DNA from: Eubacteriales bacterium
Lineage (GTDB): Bacteria; Bacillota; Clostridia; Oscillospirales; CAG-272
DNA: 64,000 bases
Reading direction: 5' to 3'
Assembly: GCA_045127235.1 (NCBI GenBank)
Contig: JBGVPY010000062.1
Span: 992 to 64,991, forward strand
A program made the position numbers and the translations under genes. The first letter of the stretch is position 1; each line of letters opens with the position of its first letter. Shown in pieces: positions 1 through 8,235 of this stretch. The notes beneath the pieces are model-generated. The model saw nothing but the letters and a program-made list of their open reading frames with translations. It searched no databases and was not told the origin of the DNA.

Positions 1-1
1 T

Positions 2-958
2 GTTGATATTGATAGAGCTATGGATAGCTTTGATGATATTCAATTAAAGACAACAGACTTTGCCAACAGAGTGAAGTTCGATTTAGAGCATCTTGGTGGC
101 GCTATTTTAGATAAGCAAAACAGATATATGGAGCAAAGGGAAGACCTAAAATCCCAGATTGAGTCTTTAAAAAACGAGCTTAGTGCGTTTAAATCAATGC
201 AGCAAGAGGCTGAATATCAAGCTCAGCAGAAATCGCAAGATCAAGACGGACAAGCGAATCAAAATGAGAAAACTGACTCTAATAATGAAAACAGTAGCAC
301 GGAGCAGACCTCAAGCGTGCCTGATTACAGTCAGCAAATTTCAGCCTTAGAGTCAGAAATATCTAATTTAGAGGAAGAGCTAGCTGTGTTAGACGATAAG
401 CTAACTCAGCTAGACGAAATAAGAAGTCAGCAATCACTTCTTATGGCTGACTTTATGGAAAATTACAATCAAATATTAGGCAGCCTTAATCAAAACGTTT
501 CAAACGGTCAATTAGAAATGGCAGAATATTTGATGCACGTTTCAAAAAATCCAACGCTTGACGTTAGCGGTGGATCTAATATCTTAGGAGCATCAAGCTC
601 AAACGGTAGCACATCGTCTAACGGTGTAGATTACCGTGTTGTAATTATTGATTCAAGAAAATATCCCGAATCTGCCGAGCATATTCGTGCATGTCAATTA
701 TCGGGATATCCGTCTATTTTAACTCTCGATAGAGAAAACGCGGATGAACACAGAAAACAATCATTGGCAGGAATTCCAACAATGCGACAGTACGGCTGGG
801 ATCGAGACGAATATCCACCGGCAGCATTTGCAGAGGGTGGACACGGCGCACACGTGTGGGGAATAAACGCCTCGGATAATCAAGGCTCGGGCGCATCATT
901 CGGGCGTCAGCTTTCAGGCGCGCCCAACGGAACGCGAGTAAGATTCAGAGTCATATAA
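2..958 (+). CDS. 3' part of a polymorphic toxin (LXG/T7SS-like architecture) ending in a NucA/NucB-type DNase domain; the 5' end lies outside the window
   Basis: The frame is open from nt 2 with no upstream stop. A coiled-coil, Q/N/S-rich linker leads to a C-terminal region of about 110 aa containing GWDRDEYPPAAFAEGG, which resembles the DEYP motif of NucA/NucB deoxyribonucleases. A small immunity-sized ORF follows 8 nt downstream. Confidence 0.55.
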   Translation, partial: VDIDRAMDSFDDIQLKTTDFANRVKFDLEHLGGAILDKQNRYMEQREDLKSQIESLKNELSAFKSMQQEAEYQAQQKSQDQDGQANQNEKTDSNNENSSTEQTSSVPDYSQQISALESEISNLEEELAVLDDKLTQLDEIRSQQSLLMADFMENYNQILGSLNQNVSNGQLEMAEYLMHVSKNPTLDVSGGSNILGASSSNGSTSSNGVDYRVVIIDSRKYPESAEHIRACQLSGYPSILTLDRENADEHRKQSLAGIPTMRQYGWDRDEYPPAAFAEGGHGAHVWGINASDNQGSGASFGRQLSGAPNGTRVRFRVI

Positions 959-965
959 GGAGAAA

Positions 966-1580
966 ATGATGGACAACGCACTTTCCTTAATTCAAAATTG
1001 CATAAATAAAAGTCCACATAAGGTAACTGTTATAAACAGAATAAATCATCAAAGCAAATGCGATGAATTACTTGGTATAACAGAACACTCGGTGCTGGGT
1101 ACTATTGTGAATTACGTAGGCGGAATTTCTATTGAAAATAACCTTATAAGACACTTCGGAGGAGAAAACGTGTACGGGCTGTCTATAAGGGAAATCAATC
1201 AAGTGGAAGAAAAGCTCCCAACGATTTTCAAAAATGCCTTAGTTGTGGCTGACGATATGTATGGCGGAATTTTTGCAATAAATATAGGATTTCCCAATTA
1301 TAGAGCCGGTAACGTTATATATTTACCGCCGGATAGCTATATTTGGGAGGATTTAAACGTAGGGCATAGCGCTTTTGTGGAATGGACTTTGATGGGAGAT
1401 ATCAATTTGTTTTATAAATCCATAAAGGATAAAGCAAGCGTAGGGGATGTTTCATTTGATGAATCATGGTCGTTTGTCCCTTCTCTTTGGATAAAAGCAG
1501 ATAAATATAATCCTAAAAAGATAAAAGCAAAGCAAATGCACAAAATTAGAAGTCAAATGCTGGAGATTTACAATGGATAG
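966..1580 (+). CDS. putative cognate immunity protein for the upstream nuclease toxin
   Basis: 204-aa cytoplasmic-looking ORF directly downstream of the toxin tip, SD AAGGAGA at 958-964. Position and size fit a toxin-immunity pair. I did not recognise a family with certainty. Confidence 0.35.
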   Translation: MMDNALSLIQNCINKSPHKVTVINRINHQSKCDELLGITEHSVLGTIVNYVGGISIENNLIRHFGGENVYGLSIREINQVEEKLPTIFKNALVVADDMYGGIFAINIGFPNYRAGNVIYLPPDSYIWEDLNVGHSAFVEWTLMGDINLFYKSIKDKASVGDVSFDESWSFVPSLWIKADKYNPKKIKAKQMHKIRSQMLEIYNG

Positions 1581-2850
1581 CTTAGTTAATGCTTTGCGAA
1601 GCAGAATGACATCTTTCCAAATCGGCTTTTCTTTATTAAAGCCCATAGATAGACAAATCAAGGATTGCTTGCTGAATAATCCCGATTTGCTTGGCAGTAT
1701 AGAAAGTTTTGGTGTACAATGGAATTTCTTAACTCGCAGAGCGCATTTTGCGGTAGGATACAGAATAGATAATAGCGAAATGACAATAGTAGTAAGGGAC
1801 TACTTTGAATTGCTAACAGCTATAACTATGATTTTAAAATCCCATAAGTCTAAAGTGAAAATAGTTGTTGACAACAGAAAAAAATTCGTTTCAAGCAATA
1901 ATATTTTTGAGTATATACAAAAGGTTGAAATAGATACGGGAATTGAGTACGAGCTGGATCAAAGATCACAAACAACACTCTCTACTATGTCATATTTTAA
2001 TGACGAAATATTAGTATGTGATTTAGTTTATACATACTTTGATGATTATAAAACGGTAAATTCCCTTTCCTGTGTTGTGGCGGAGCATTTTATTAAATCA
2101 CAAATTCCTAAAAACAATCCAAAAAAAGCAGTTAATTATCTTATGAACTGGTTCAGAAACAATGTTTCATATAAGCAAAACAATGTGAGTGCCGATCACT
2201 CGGCAGTTGGATTAATAAGAAACGGAACAGCAGTCTGTCAAGGAATTGCAGTATATGCTTATATGTTTTTTAAGGAATGCGGAGTAAATGCAAGAATTGC
2301 AACAGGAGAGGGCAGAGGCGATAACGGTTGGGAAGCCCATGCGTGGAATATGGTTTTAGTAGATGGAGAATGGAAGCATGTTGATTTCACATTCGACTTA
2401 AATTCAGACTCCCTTAGCGCGTTTCATCCAATGTTTATGTTTAGAATGTCCCACAGATGGGATGAAAGTCTTTTCAGTAACGAAAAATCCAATCGTGTTA
2501 GCGAGGTAAGCGAAAAGCTTTCTCATTCAATAGTTACGCTTTTAAAAAATCAAAAAATTTTTTCTATAAACGGTTGTATAATGTATTTGCCGTCTCTTTC
2601 ACAAACAAACCGAGCAATCGGGGAAGAAATGTATATTGCTTTGGCTGAAATTTTACCATTCATGGGTGGAAGCAGCAGCTTTATAGGGGAAGTGTGCAAT
2701 ATATATTTAAAAGGACAAAAAAAGCAAATATCAATAAACAACTTATTAAGAATAGATAATGTGCTATATTTTCCGATAAGCATATTAGTGGATTTAAATG
2801 TTGATATATCATATACCGACAAAACAATATCCATTAAATTAAAGGATTAG
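1573..2850 (+). CDS. transglutaminase-like cysteine protease-fold protein
   Basis: Cys-His-Asp core: GTAVCQGIAVYAYMFFKECG ... WEAHAWNMVLVDGEWKHVDFTFD. It overlaps the upstream stop by 8 nt, with SD GGAG before ATG 1573. The C-terminal ~100 aa weakly resemble a copper-amine-oxidase-N-like stalk domain. Confidence 0.6.
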   Translation: MDSLVNALRSRMTSFQIGFSLLKPIDRQIKDCLLNNPDLLGSIESFGVQWNFLTRRAHFAVGYRIDNSEMTIVVRDYFELLTAITMILKSHKSKVKIVVDNRKKFVSSNNIFEYIQKVEIDTGIEYELDQRSQTTLSTMSYFNDEILVCDLVYTYFDDYKTVNSLSCVVAEHFIKSQIPKNNPKKAVNYLMNWFRNNVSYKQNNVSADHSAVGLIRNGTAVCQGIAVYAYMFFKECGVNARIATGEGRGDNGWEAHAWNMVLVDGEWKHVDFTFDLNSDSLSAFHPMFMFRMSHRWDESLFSNEKSNRVSEVSEKLSHSIVTLLKNQKIFSINGCIMYLPSLSQTNRAIGEEMYIALAEILPFMGGSSSFIGEVCNIYLKGQKKQISINNLLRIDNVLYFPISILVDLNVDISYTDKTISIKLKD

Positions 2851-2868
2851 CACACAGTTACAGGTGGG

Positions 2869-4191
2869 GTGAAATTTTTGGATAGATACGAGATAGGGCC
2901 TGACGGGACTATACAAAACGTCAGTGGCGGATCATCAGGTAGAAGTGGAAATAGCGGCTATAGTGGTGGCTATAATTACAATAATTACAATTTTAACGGT
3001 AATAATTACATAAGGCATAACAGAGGCAGAGGTGCTAAAGTATTTGCTATAATAGTTCCTTTGTTAGCGTTTATTATCGGACAGATTATTCAATACGGTG
3101 TTTACAAATCAGACGGCAAAGTGCTTTTAATGGACATGATTTTTGCAAGCACACCGTTGTGGGTTTTGATTTTATCAACCGTATTCGGTGTAATTAGTAC
3201 TATACATGTTATGGTAAGAGCTTGGAAGCTTGCAGACGATTATGAGGAAGGCTGGAGTGTTTTTTACTCCATATTGTTTAGTATTATGTTTTTGGTAATC
3301 CCGTGTATAGCGGGATACTATGGAATCATTGTGACAAGCGCTGCATCGGCATGCTTTATAGAATGTGAGGAAGAAGCAGTTCCATGGATATTTATAATAA
3401 CCGCAATAGTTTTTGCTGTCATTGGAATTTGGATAGGGTGTTCAAATAGTGGAATAGTCGGTGTAGATTTCAATACAGTGGAATCGTTTTCTGAAATATC
3501 TGAATATACGTCAAATGAGCAGGTAGCTCTTGATATTTCCAAACTTAAATCAAGCGACTGCGGAACAATTATAACTGGAGATGAATGTGATTCGCTTATA
3601 ATTGTTGGCAAAAAGGGAAAAATATATAACGGACTTAAAATTGTTACAAACGCTCAAAGCATTATATTTAAAAACGTAAATATTCAAAACGGTTATTTAA
3701 CATGTAATTATGATGAGTGTACCTTAGAGCTTCTGGGAAAGAACAGCATTGAAGGCATTCACGGAACAGACGGTGGAAACGGAAAACACGGAACAGACGG
3801 CGTAGCTCCCCTTGAAGCAAACAATTTGTATTTGAAAGGTAAAGGCACATTAACCTTAATTGCAGGAAACGGCGGAGATGGGGAAAATGGCAAAAACGGA
3901 GACAGCGCATTTTTGTTTGGGAACGGTACAGACGGACAGGATGGCGGAACTGGCGGCGACTCCTCATATGCGGCAAAATGCAGCTACTTAGGAGAAAATG
4001 ACTTTTCAGGCAAGCTCACGTTGAAAAAGGGAACAGCTGGAAAAGGCGGAAGCGGAGGAAAGGGCGGCGCAGGCGGACTTTTCGGCTCATCTGGCAGTAA
4101 CGGCTGGGATGGCTATAACGGCATGCAAAGAGAATTTTGCAGCGGCGAAATTTCCATATCTGAAGAAAGGCTCGTATATATAGAAGAATAA
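2869..4191 (+). CDS. multi-pass membrane protein with a G/N/Y-rich N-terminus and a Gly-rich repeat C-terminal domain
   Basis: N-terminal GGSSGRSGNSGYSGGYNYNNYNFNGNNY, about 5 hydrophobic helices, then repeated GxDG/GxGG motifs (GTDGGNGKHGTDG, GNGGDGENGKNGDS, GTDGQDGGTGGDS, GKGGSGGKGGAGG). The start is ambiguous: GTG 2869 or in-frame TTG 2878, and TTG is better spaced from AGGTGG at 2862-2867. Confidence 0.5.
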   Translation: MKFLDRYEIGPDGTIQNVSGGSSGRSGNSGYSGGYNYNNYNFNGNNYIRHNRGRGAKVFAIIVPLLAFIIGQIIQYGVYKSDGKVLLMDMIFASTPLWVLILSTVFGVISTIHVMVRAWKLADDYEEGWSVFYSILFSIMFLVIPCIAGYYGIIVTSAASACFIECEEEAVPWIFIITAIVFAVIGIWIGCSNSGIVGVDFNTVESFSEISEYTSNEQVALDISKLKSSDCGTIITGDECDSLIIVGKKGKIYNGLKIVTNAQSIIFKNVNIQNGYLTCNYDECTLELLGKNSIEGIHGTDGGNGKHGTDGVAPLEANNLYLKGKGTLTLIAGNGGDGENGKNGDSAFLFGNGTDGQDGGTGGDSSYAAKCSYLGENDFSGKLTLKKGTAGKGGSGGKGGAGGLFGSSGSNGWDGYNGMQREFCSGEISISEERLVYIEE

Positions 4192-4202
4192 TCAAAAATA
4201 AA

Positions 4203-4240
4203 AATTCTGCTTATGGCGTAAGCGGAATTTTTATTTTTTA
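4203..4240 (+). terminator. rho-independent terminator
   Basis: Hairpin aattctgctta/taagcggaatt (one G-U pair) followed by tttatttttt. Confidence 0.65.
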
Positions 4241-4317
4241 GCATACCTCGTAAGCATTCAAAATGATATATAATGGTCGAATTTACAGATAATTACAGAA
4301 AAGCAAGGGGCATACTC

Positions 4318-4346
4318 TTGATTTTTCAAAAGAGCTGTGCTATAAT
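4318..4346 (+). promoter_or_regulatory. sigma-A-type promoter for secreted protein P1
   Basis: TTGATT, 17 nt spacer, TATAAT with a TGn extension (tgtgcTATAAT), about 35 nt upstream of ATG 4380. Confidence 0.5.
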
Positions 4347-4379
4347 ATAAGCTGACAAAAAATTTTATAAGGAGAAAAT

Positions 4380-6896
4380 ATGAAAAGGAAAATTTTATTT
4401 GCACTTTTCCTTGCGGTATTTTTTACACTTGTATTTGTAATTTCTGCAAATGCAACGGTATATTATTACGAGGAAGGCAACAGCGAAGCTCCAATGTTTC
4501 AGTATGAAACAAAAGTCTCAAATTATGACTCTAAGCATATTTTGATTGATACTTATATTGGTGAATTTCCAAAAGCCGATGCAAACGGAAACGCCCTCAC
4601 TTGGTATGTTACATCAACAACCCAAAGTGGCGGCAATACAATTAAAACCGTAAAAAGCGTTTTAACCACAGATGAAAGATATTTCACAATTTCATCGGAC
4701 GGTGCTTACAGCTATGGCGGAACAGCGGGTACACCTGTTACTCAGTATAATGTTGTATCTGTTAATTTCCCACAAAATGGCGGAATTAAAACATTAAATT
4801 TACAAAATGATGGATACAGGGTAGGCAATATTTATAGCTACGACTATAACTCAACGGAAATTTTGTTTCTCTATCTGCCAAACACCTTGACCGCCTTGAA
4901 TGAAAGAATTGTTCAAAACACAAAGGTTTTAGTGTGCGATATTCCTTTTGAAATTACTGCAAAGGAAATTTCACATGTTGCATTCTATCATGCAAAGAAT
5001 TTAAGAGAGATTAATATTCCAATAACCGTTAAATCAATTAACGGCAAAAACGAAGCTGACGGCTCTGCATTTTTAGGCTGCGAGCAGCTTGTAAGAGTTA
5101 ATTTTCATAAGGACTCTGCGCTTGAATCAATTGGCGCATATGCATTTAACAAGTGCGATAGCCTACGCGAGGTTGTTTTTCCTGATTCACTTAAAGATGT
5201 TGGAGCCTATGCATTTTATTTAACAGGACTTACTCAGTCCCCCTTTACAATGAATTCAAAAGCAACCGTGGGCGATAGTGCATTTGGACAATGTACAAAT
5301 CTTAAGAACTTCATCGTTCCTGCGGGGGTAACTGAATTAAACGCTATGAATATGCTATTTGGTTGCTCAGAAATTCAAAAAATTGAGTTTGCCAACAATT
5401 CTCAGCTTCAAAAAATTTCTGATAACTCCTTCCGCGCCACAAATAACGCATCATTTTCTAAGCTAAAGTATATCATCTTGCCGGATTCTGTTACACATGT
5501 TGGTAATGGGGCTTTCTATAATGTACCGATTGAAACTAATCCATTCGGTGTTGATTCTAGATGCACATACATTGGCCATGCAGCATTTTTAGGTACAAGA
5601 ATTACGGAAGTAAATATTCCTAAGAACGCGCAATTTAATATGGGCGCGGACGGTAAGCTTTCAAAGGAAGGCGTTTTCTCACATTGTTCACTTCTTAGAA
5701 CGGTTAATTTCCGCGAGGATTCTACAACAACCGCACTTCCAAAGTATATGTTCGCTTATTGCTCAAATCTTACTTATGTTAAGATTCCAAATAGCGTTAC
5801 AACAATGTCAATTCGTACCTTTGATAGATGCGTGTCATTGCACACGGTTATTCTTGGCGCAAAGGTTGAGTTTATGAACTGGGGCAGAAATGATTCAGGC
5901 GAGGACCATGCAAGCTTCTTCTATAACTGTCTTAGCTTGAAAAATGTATATTTGCCAAGAACCATTGACATTACAAGAATAGAAAGAAATCAATGCCACT
6001 TCTTTACAACCGCTGATAGCGCTATCGGAGGTACATACAAAAAGGTTGCGTATTTCTTTGATGGCACACTTGAAGAGGCAGAAGCTCTTAAAGCAGCATT
6101 CTCAACACAGGTTACATCTTGCGGCAGAAATGACAGAATTACATCTGCTGAAATTATATCGTTAGCAGCGTTTAATGAAAAGTTCCCGGATAGAACGGTT
6201 GATTACGATAAGAACTATATTGTATATGGTGTTAACACCTGCGACGCGTTCTATAATGGCGTTCATGATGCTACCGATGATGGAAGCTGCACAACAGCGT
6301 TGACCTGCAAAAATTGCCAAATAACCGTTACTCCATCATATGACTCTCACAATTATGAAACCGAAATCAAATATCCAAAGGGATATACACAAAGCGGATA
6401 TATAAGAAATAGCTGCGTAAGATGCAGCTCATACACAGAGGAAGCGCTTGCTCCTTTATTTGAGTGCCTTGGATATTCAACCCCGGAGAGCAATAAAAGC
6501 GGAATTACAATTGGCTTTATAGTAAACAACGAAGCAATAGAAAAATATCAGAGCCTTACAGGCAAAGCCTTAAAGTATGGCGCTTTTGCAGTAGCACAGG
6601 AAAAGCTTGGCACAAACGATATTTTTGGCGAAAACGACACAGTAGTGAACGGTGCTATTACCGCTGAAATCACATCTTATGAATTTTCTTCCTTTGATCT
6701 TAAAATCGTAGGCTTTACTGATGAATACAAGGATGATAAGCTTGCTCTTGGCGCTTACATAATTACAAATAACGGCGAGGCTAACGAATATTCATATCTC
6801 CAGTCAGGCACGCCAAATGAAAACGAAAAATATTGCTTTGTTTCATATAACGATATTATAGGAAAGATTTCAACGAATGAAGAGGTGGCACAATGA
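4380..6896 (+). CDS. P1: secreted BspA-type leucine-rich-repeat protein with Cys-knuckle and shared C-terminal module
   Basis: Signal peptide MKRKILFALFLAVFFTLVFVISANA. Repeated AFxxCxxLxxIxIPxSVxxIGxxAF LRR_5-like units. CxxC pairs, then the module at 6456-6893 that is shared with five paralogs. Confidence 0.85.
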   Translation: MKRKILFALFLAVFFTLVFVISANATVYYYEEGNSEAPMFQYETKVSNYDSKHILIDTYIGEFPKADANGNALTWYVTSTTQSGGNTIKTVKSVLTTDERYFTISSDGAYSYGGTAGTPVTQYNVVSVNFPQNGGIKTLNLQNDGYRVGNIYSYDYNSTEILFLYLPNTLTALNERIVQNTKVLVCDIPFEITAKEISHVAFYHAKNLREINIPITVKSINGKNEADGSAFLGCEQLVRVNFHKDSALESIGAYAFNKCDSLREVVFPDSLKDVGAYAFYLTGLTQSPFTMNSKATVGDSAFGQCTNLKNFIVPAGVTELNAMNMLFGCSEIQKIEFANNSQLQKISDNSFRATNNASFSKLKYIILPDSVTHVGNGAFYNVPIETNPFGVDSRCTYIGHAAFLGTRITEVNIPKNAQFNMGADGKLSKEGVFSHCSLLRTVNFREDSTTTALPKYMFAYCSNLTYVKIPNSVTTMSIRTFDRCVSLHTVILGAKVEFMNWGRNDSGEDHASFFYNCLSLKNVYLPRTIDITRIERNQCHFFTTADSAIGGTYKKVAYFFDGTLEEAEALKAAFSTQVTSCGRNDRITSAEIISLAAFNEKFPDRTVDYDKNYIVYGVNTCDAFYNGVHDATDDGSCTTALTCKNCQITVTPSYDSHNYETEIKYPKGYTQSGYIRNSCVRCSSYTEEALAPLFECLGYSTPESNKSGITIGFIVNNEAIEKYQSLTGKALKYGAFAVAQEKLGTNDIFGENDTVVNGAITAEITSYEFSSFDLKIVGFTDEYKDDKLALGAYIITNNGEANEYSYLQSGTPNENEKYCFVSYNDIIGKISTNEEVAQ

Positions 6897-7042
6897 AATA
6901 CGTAACACCAAAATATGAAAGCATTCTTATAGCAACGAAAGACGTTGTAACCGCTTCAACATCAGCCCAAAAATATGAAGTTGAACAAAACAACGACGGA
7001 AGCGGCAATGTTATAATGAGAGCATTAGACTTATTTAAATAA
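6893..7042 (+). CDS. conserved 49-aa small protein, cassette copy 1 (not in ORF track)
   Basis: MKYVTPKYESILIATKDVVTASTSAQKYEVEQNNDGSGNVIMRALDLFK. Its ATG overlaps the P1 stop (caATGA). SD GAGGTG lies 5 nt upstream inside the P1 tail, and the stop sits 8 nt before the terminator. Four paralogs all have identical length. Confidence 0.75.
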   Translation: MKYVTPKYESILIATKDVVTASTSAQKYEVEQNNDGSGNVIMRALDLFK

Positions 7043-7050
7043 AACATAAA

Positions 7051-7082
7051 CCCGTGCAGATTTCTCTGCACGGGTTTTGTTT
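7051..7082 (+). terminator. rho-independent terminator of cassette 1
   Basis: cccgtgcag/ctgcacggg stem followed by ttttgttt. Confidence 0.8.
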
Positions 7083-7096
7083 ATACAAAAGCGATA

Positions 7097-7888
7097 TTAC
7101 ACCGATACTATTACAAGCTCAACCTTTTCTTTATCGAAGTGCTTTTTTATTTCATCTGAAATTTGATTTTTGTCATCTGTTATGATTGTGTCAAAATCTG
7201 ATATTTTTGCAAAGCGACATATGGAATTTTTGCATATCTTGTTGCTTTCGGCAATTAAAACAGAGGTGCTTGAACGTTCAATCAACTTCTTTGAATATGA
7301 GCATTCATCAAGACTGTACGAGGATACCGCATCAATGGATATTGCTGTGCAGGAAACAAAGGAAACGTCAAAATAATAATCATTTAACCTGTCGGTGGCA
7401 AATGCACCCTTTGAAAAACGGTTTTGAATATCCAATTCTCCGCCAATAAAAATGATGCGACCGGTAATTTCTTCCGTGTTAAATTTATTCAGCAATATGC
7501 TTGCAATTGATATGGAGTTTGTAACGAAGGTAACATTTTTCACTCCGCTAACACTGCTTGCGATTGACTGTATGGAAACTCCGGCATCAAAGGCAACAAC
7601 GCTTCCGTCCTGTATCATAGATGCCGCACGCATTCCGATTGTTAATTTTTGTTGTTGATTTGACTTGATTCTCAACAAATAATCCTCATCCTTGCGGCAA
7701 GAGGGTTTGCTTAAAATAGCGCCGCCACGCACCTTTTTTACTAAATTATCCTTGCAAAGCTTGTTTATATCGCGCCTTATGGTTTCAATGGATACGTCAA
7801 ATTTTTTAGCAATATCCGATATGGAGGCAAAGCCACGCTCCTTGGCAACAGACAGTATGTAATCTTGTCTTTCTTCAAGTCCTATCAT
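7097..7888 (-). CDS. DeoR-family transcriptional regulator
   Basis: N-terminal HTH (ISDIAKKFDVSIETIRRDINKL) plus a C-terminal DeoR sugar-phosphate sensor domain. Divergent from P2. Confidence 0.85.
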   Translation of the reverse strand: MIGLEERQDYILSVAKERGFASISDIAKKFDVSIETIRRDINKLCKDNLVKKVRGGAILSKPSCRKDEDYLLRIKSNQQQKLTIGMRAASMIQDGSVVAFDAGVSIQSIASSVSGVKNVTFVTNSISIASILLNKFNTEEITGRIIFIGGELDIQNRFSKGAFATDRLNDYYFDVSFVSCTAISIDAVSSYSLDECSYSKKLIERSSTSVLIAESNKICKNSICRFAKISDFDTIITDDKNQISDEIKKHFDKEKVELVIVSV

Positions 7889-8235
7889 ATTTCAATCCTC
7901 GTTTTTTATTTAATTATACTATGGCAAAATATTTTTTTCAATAGAATAATGAATAAAATGTTGAATTTTGTGTTGAGTTTTTTGAAAAGTCAACAAAACA
8001 CAACAAATATTCGTTAAAACATAGAAAAAATAAATAAATACTTGAAAATTCTTTTACAATAATTTACAATAAAGTTGTACATGTATGTATATACACTTAA
8101 AAATATCAACTATCAATGTTGAATTTGCAACATCATAATTGATTTGTGAATATAAAACAAAGTTGATTAAATTTGCTTTATGGCATATCTTTAATGCCAA
8201 ATAACATTATAAAATATTTTTTTGGAGGAGAAATT

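Noticed and set aside
6856-7071. 71-aa minus-strand ORF (and the analogous 82-aa ORF at 11653-11901) lying antisense to the 49-aa small genes.
   Set aside because: They start inside the terminator hairpin, have no SD and run into the 3' end of the large plus-strand genes. The equivalent antisense frames in cassettes 3-5 are interrupted (none reaches the 60-aa track cutoff). The plus-strand 49-aa frame is intact with SD and fixed length in all five copies, so the antisense ORFs are a by-product of a conserved sense frame.
8173-8235. TTG-initiated 21-aa N-terminal extension of P2 in the ORF track.
   Set aside because: GGAGGAG lies at 8224-8230, directly before ATG 8236. Starting there gives a canonical signal peptide, as in the five paralogs.
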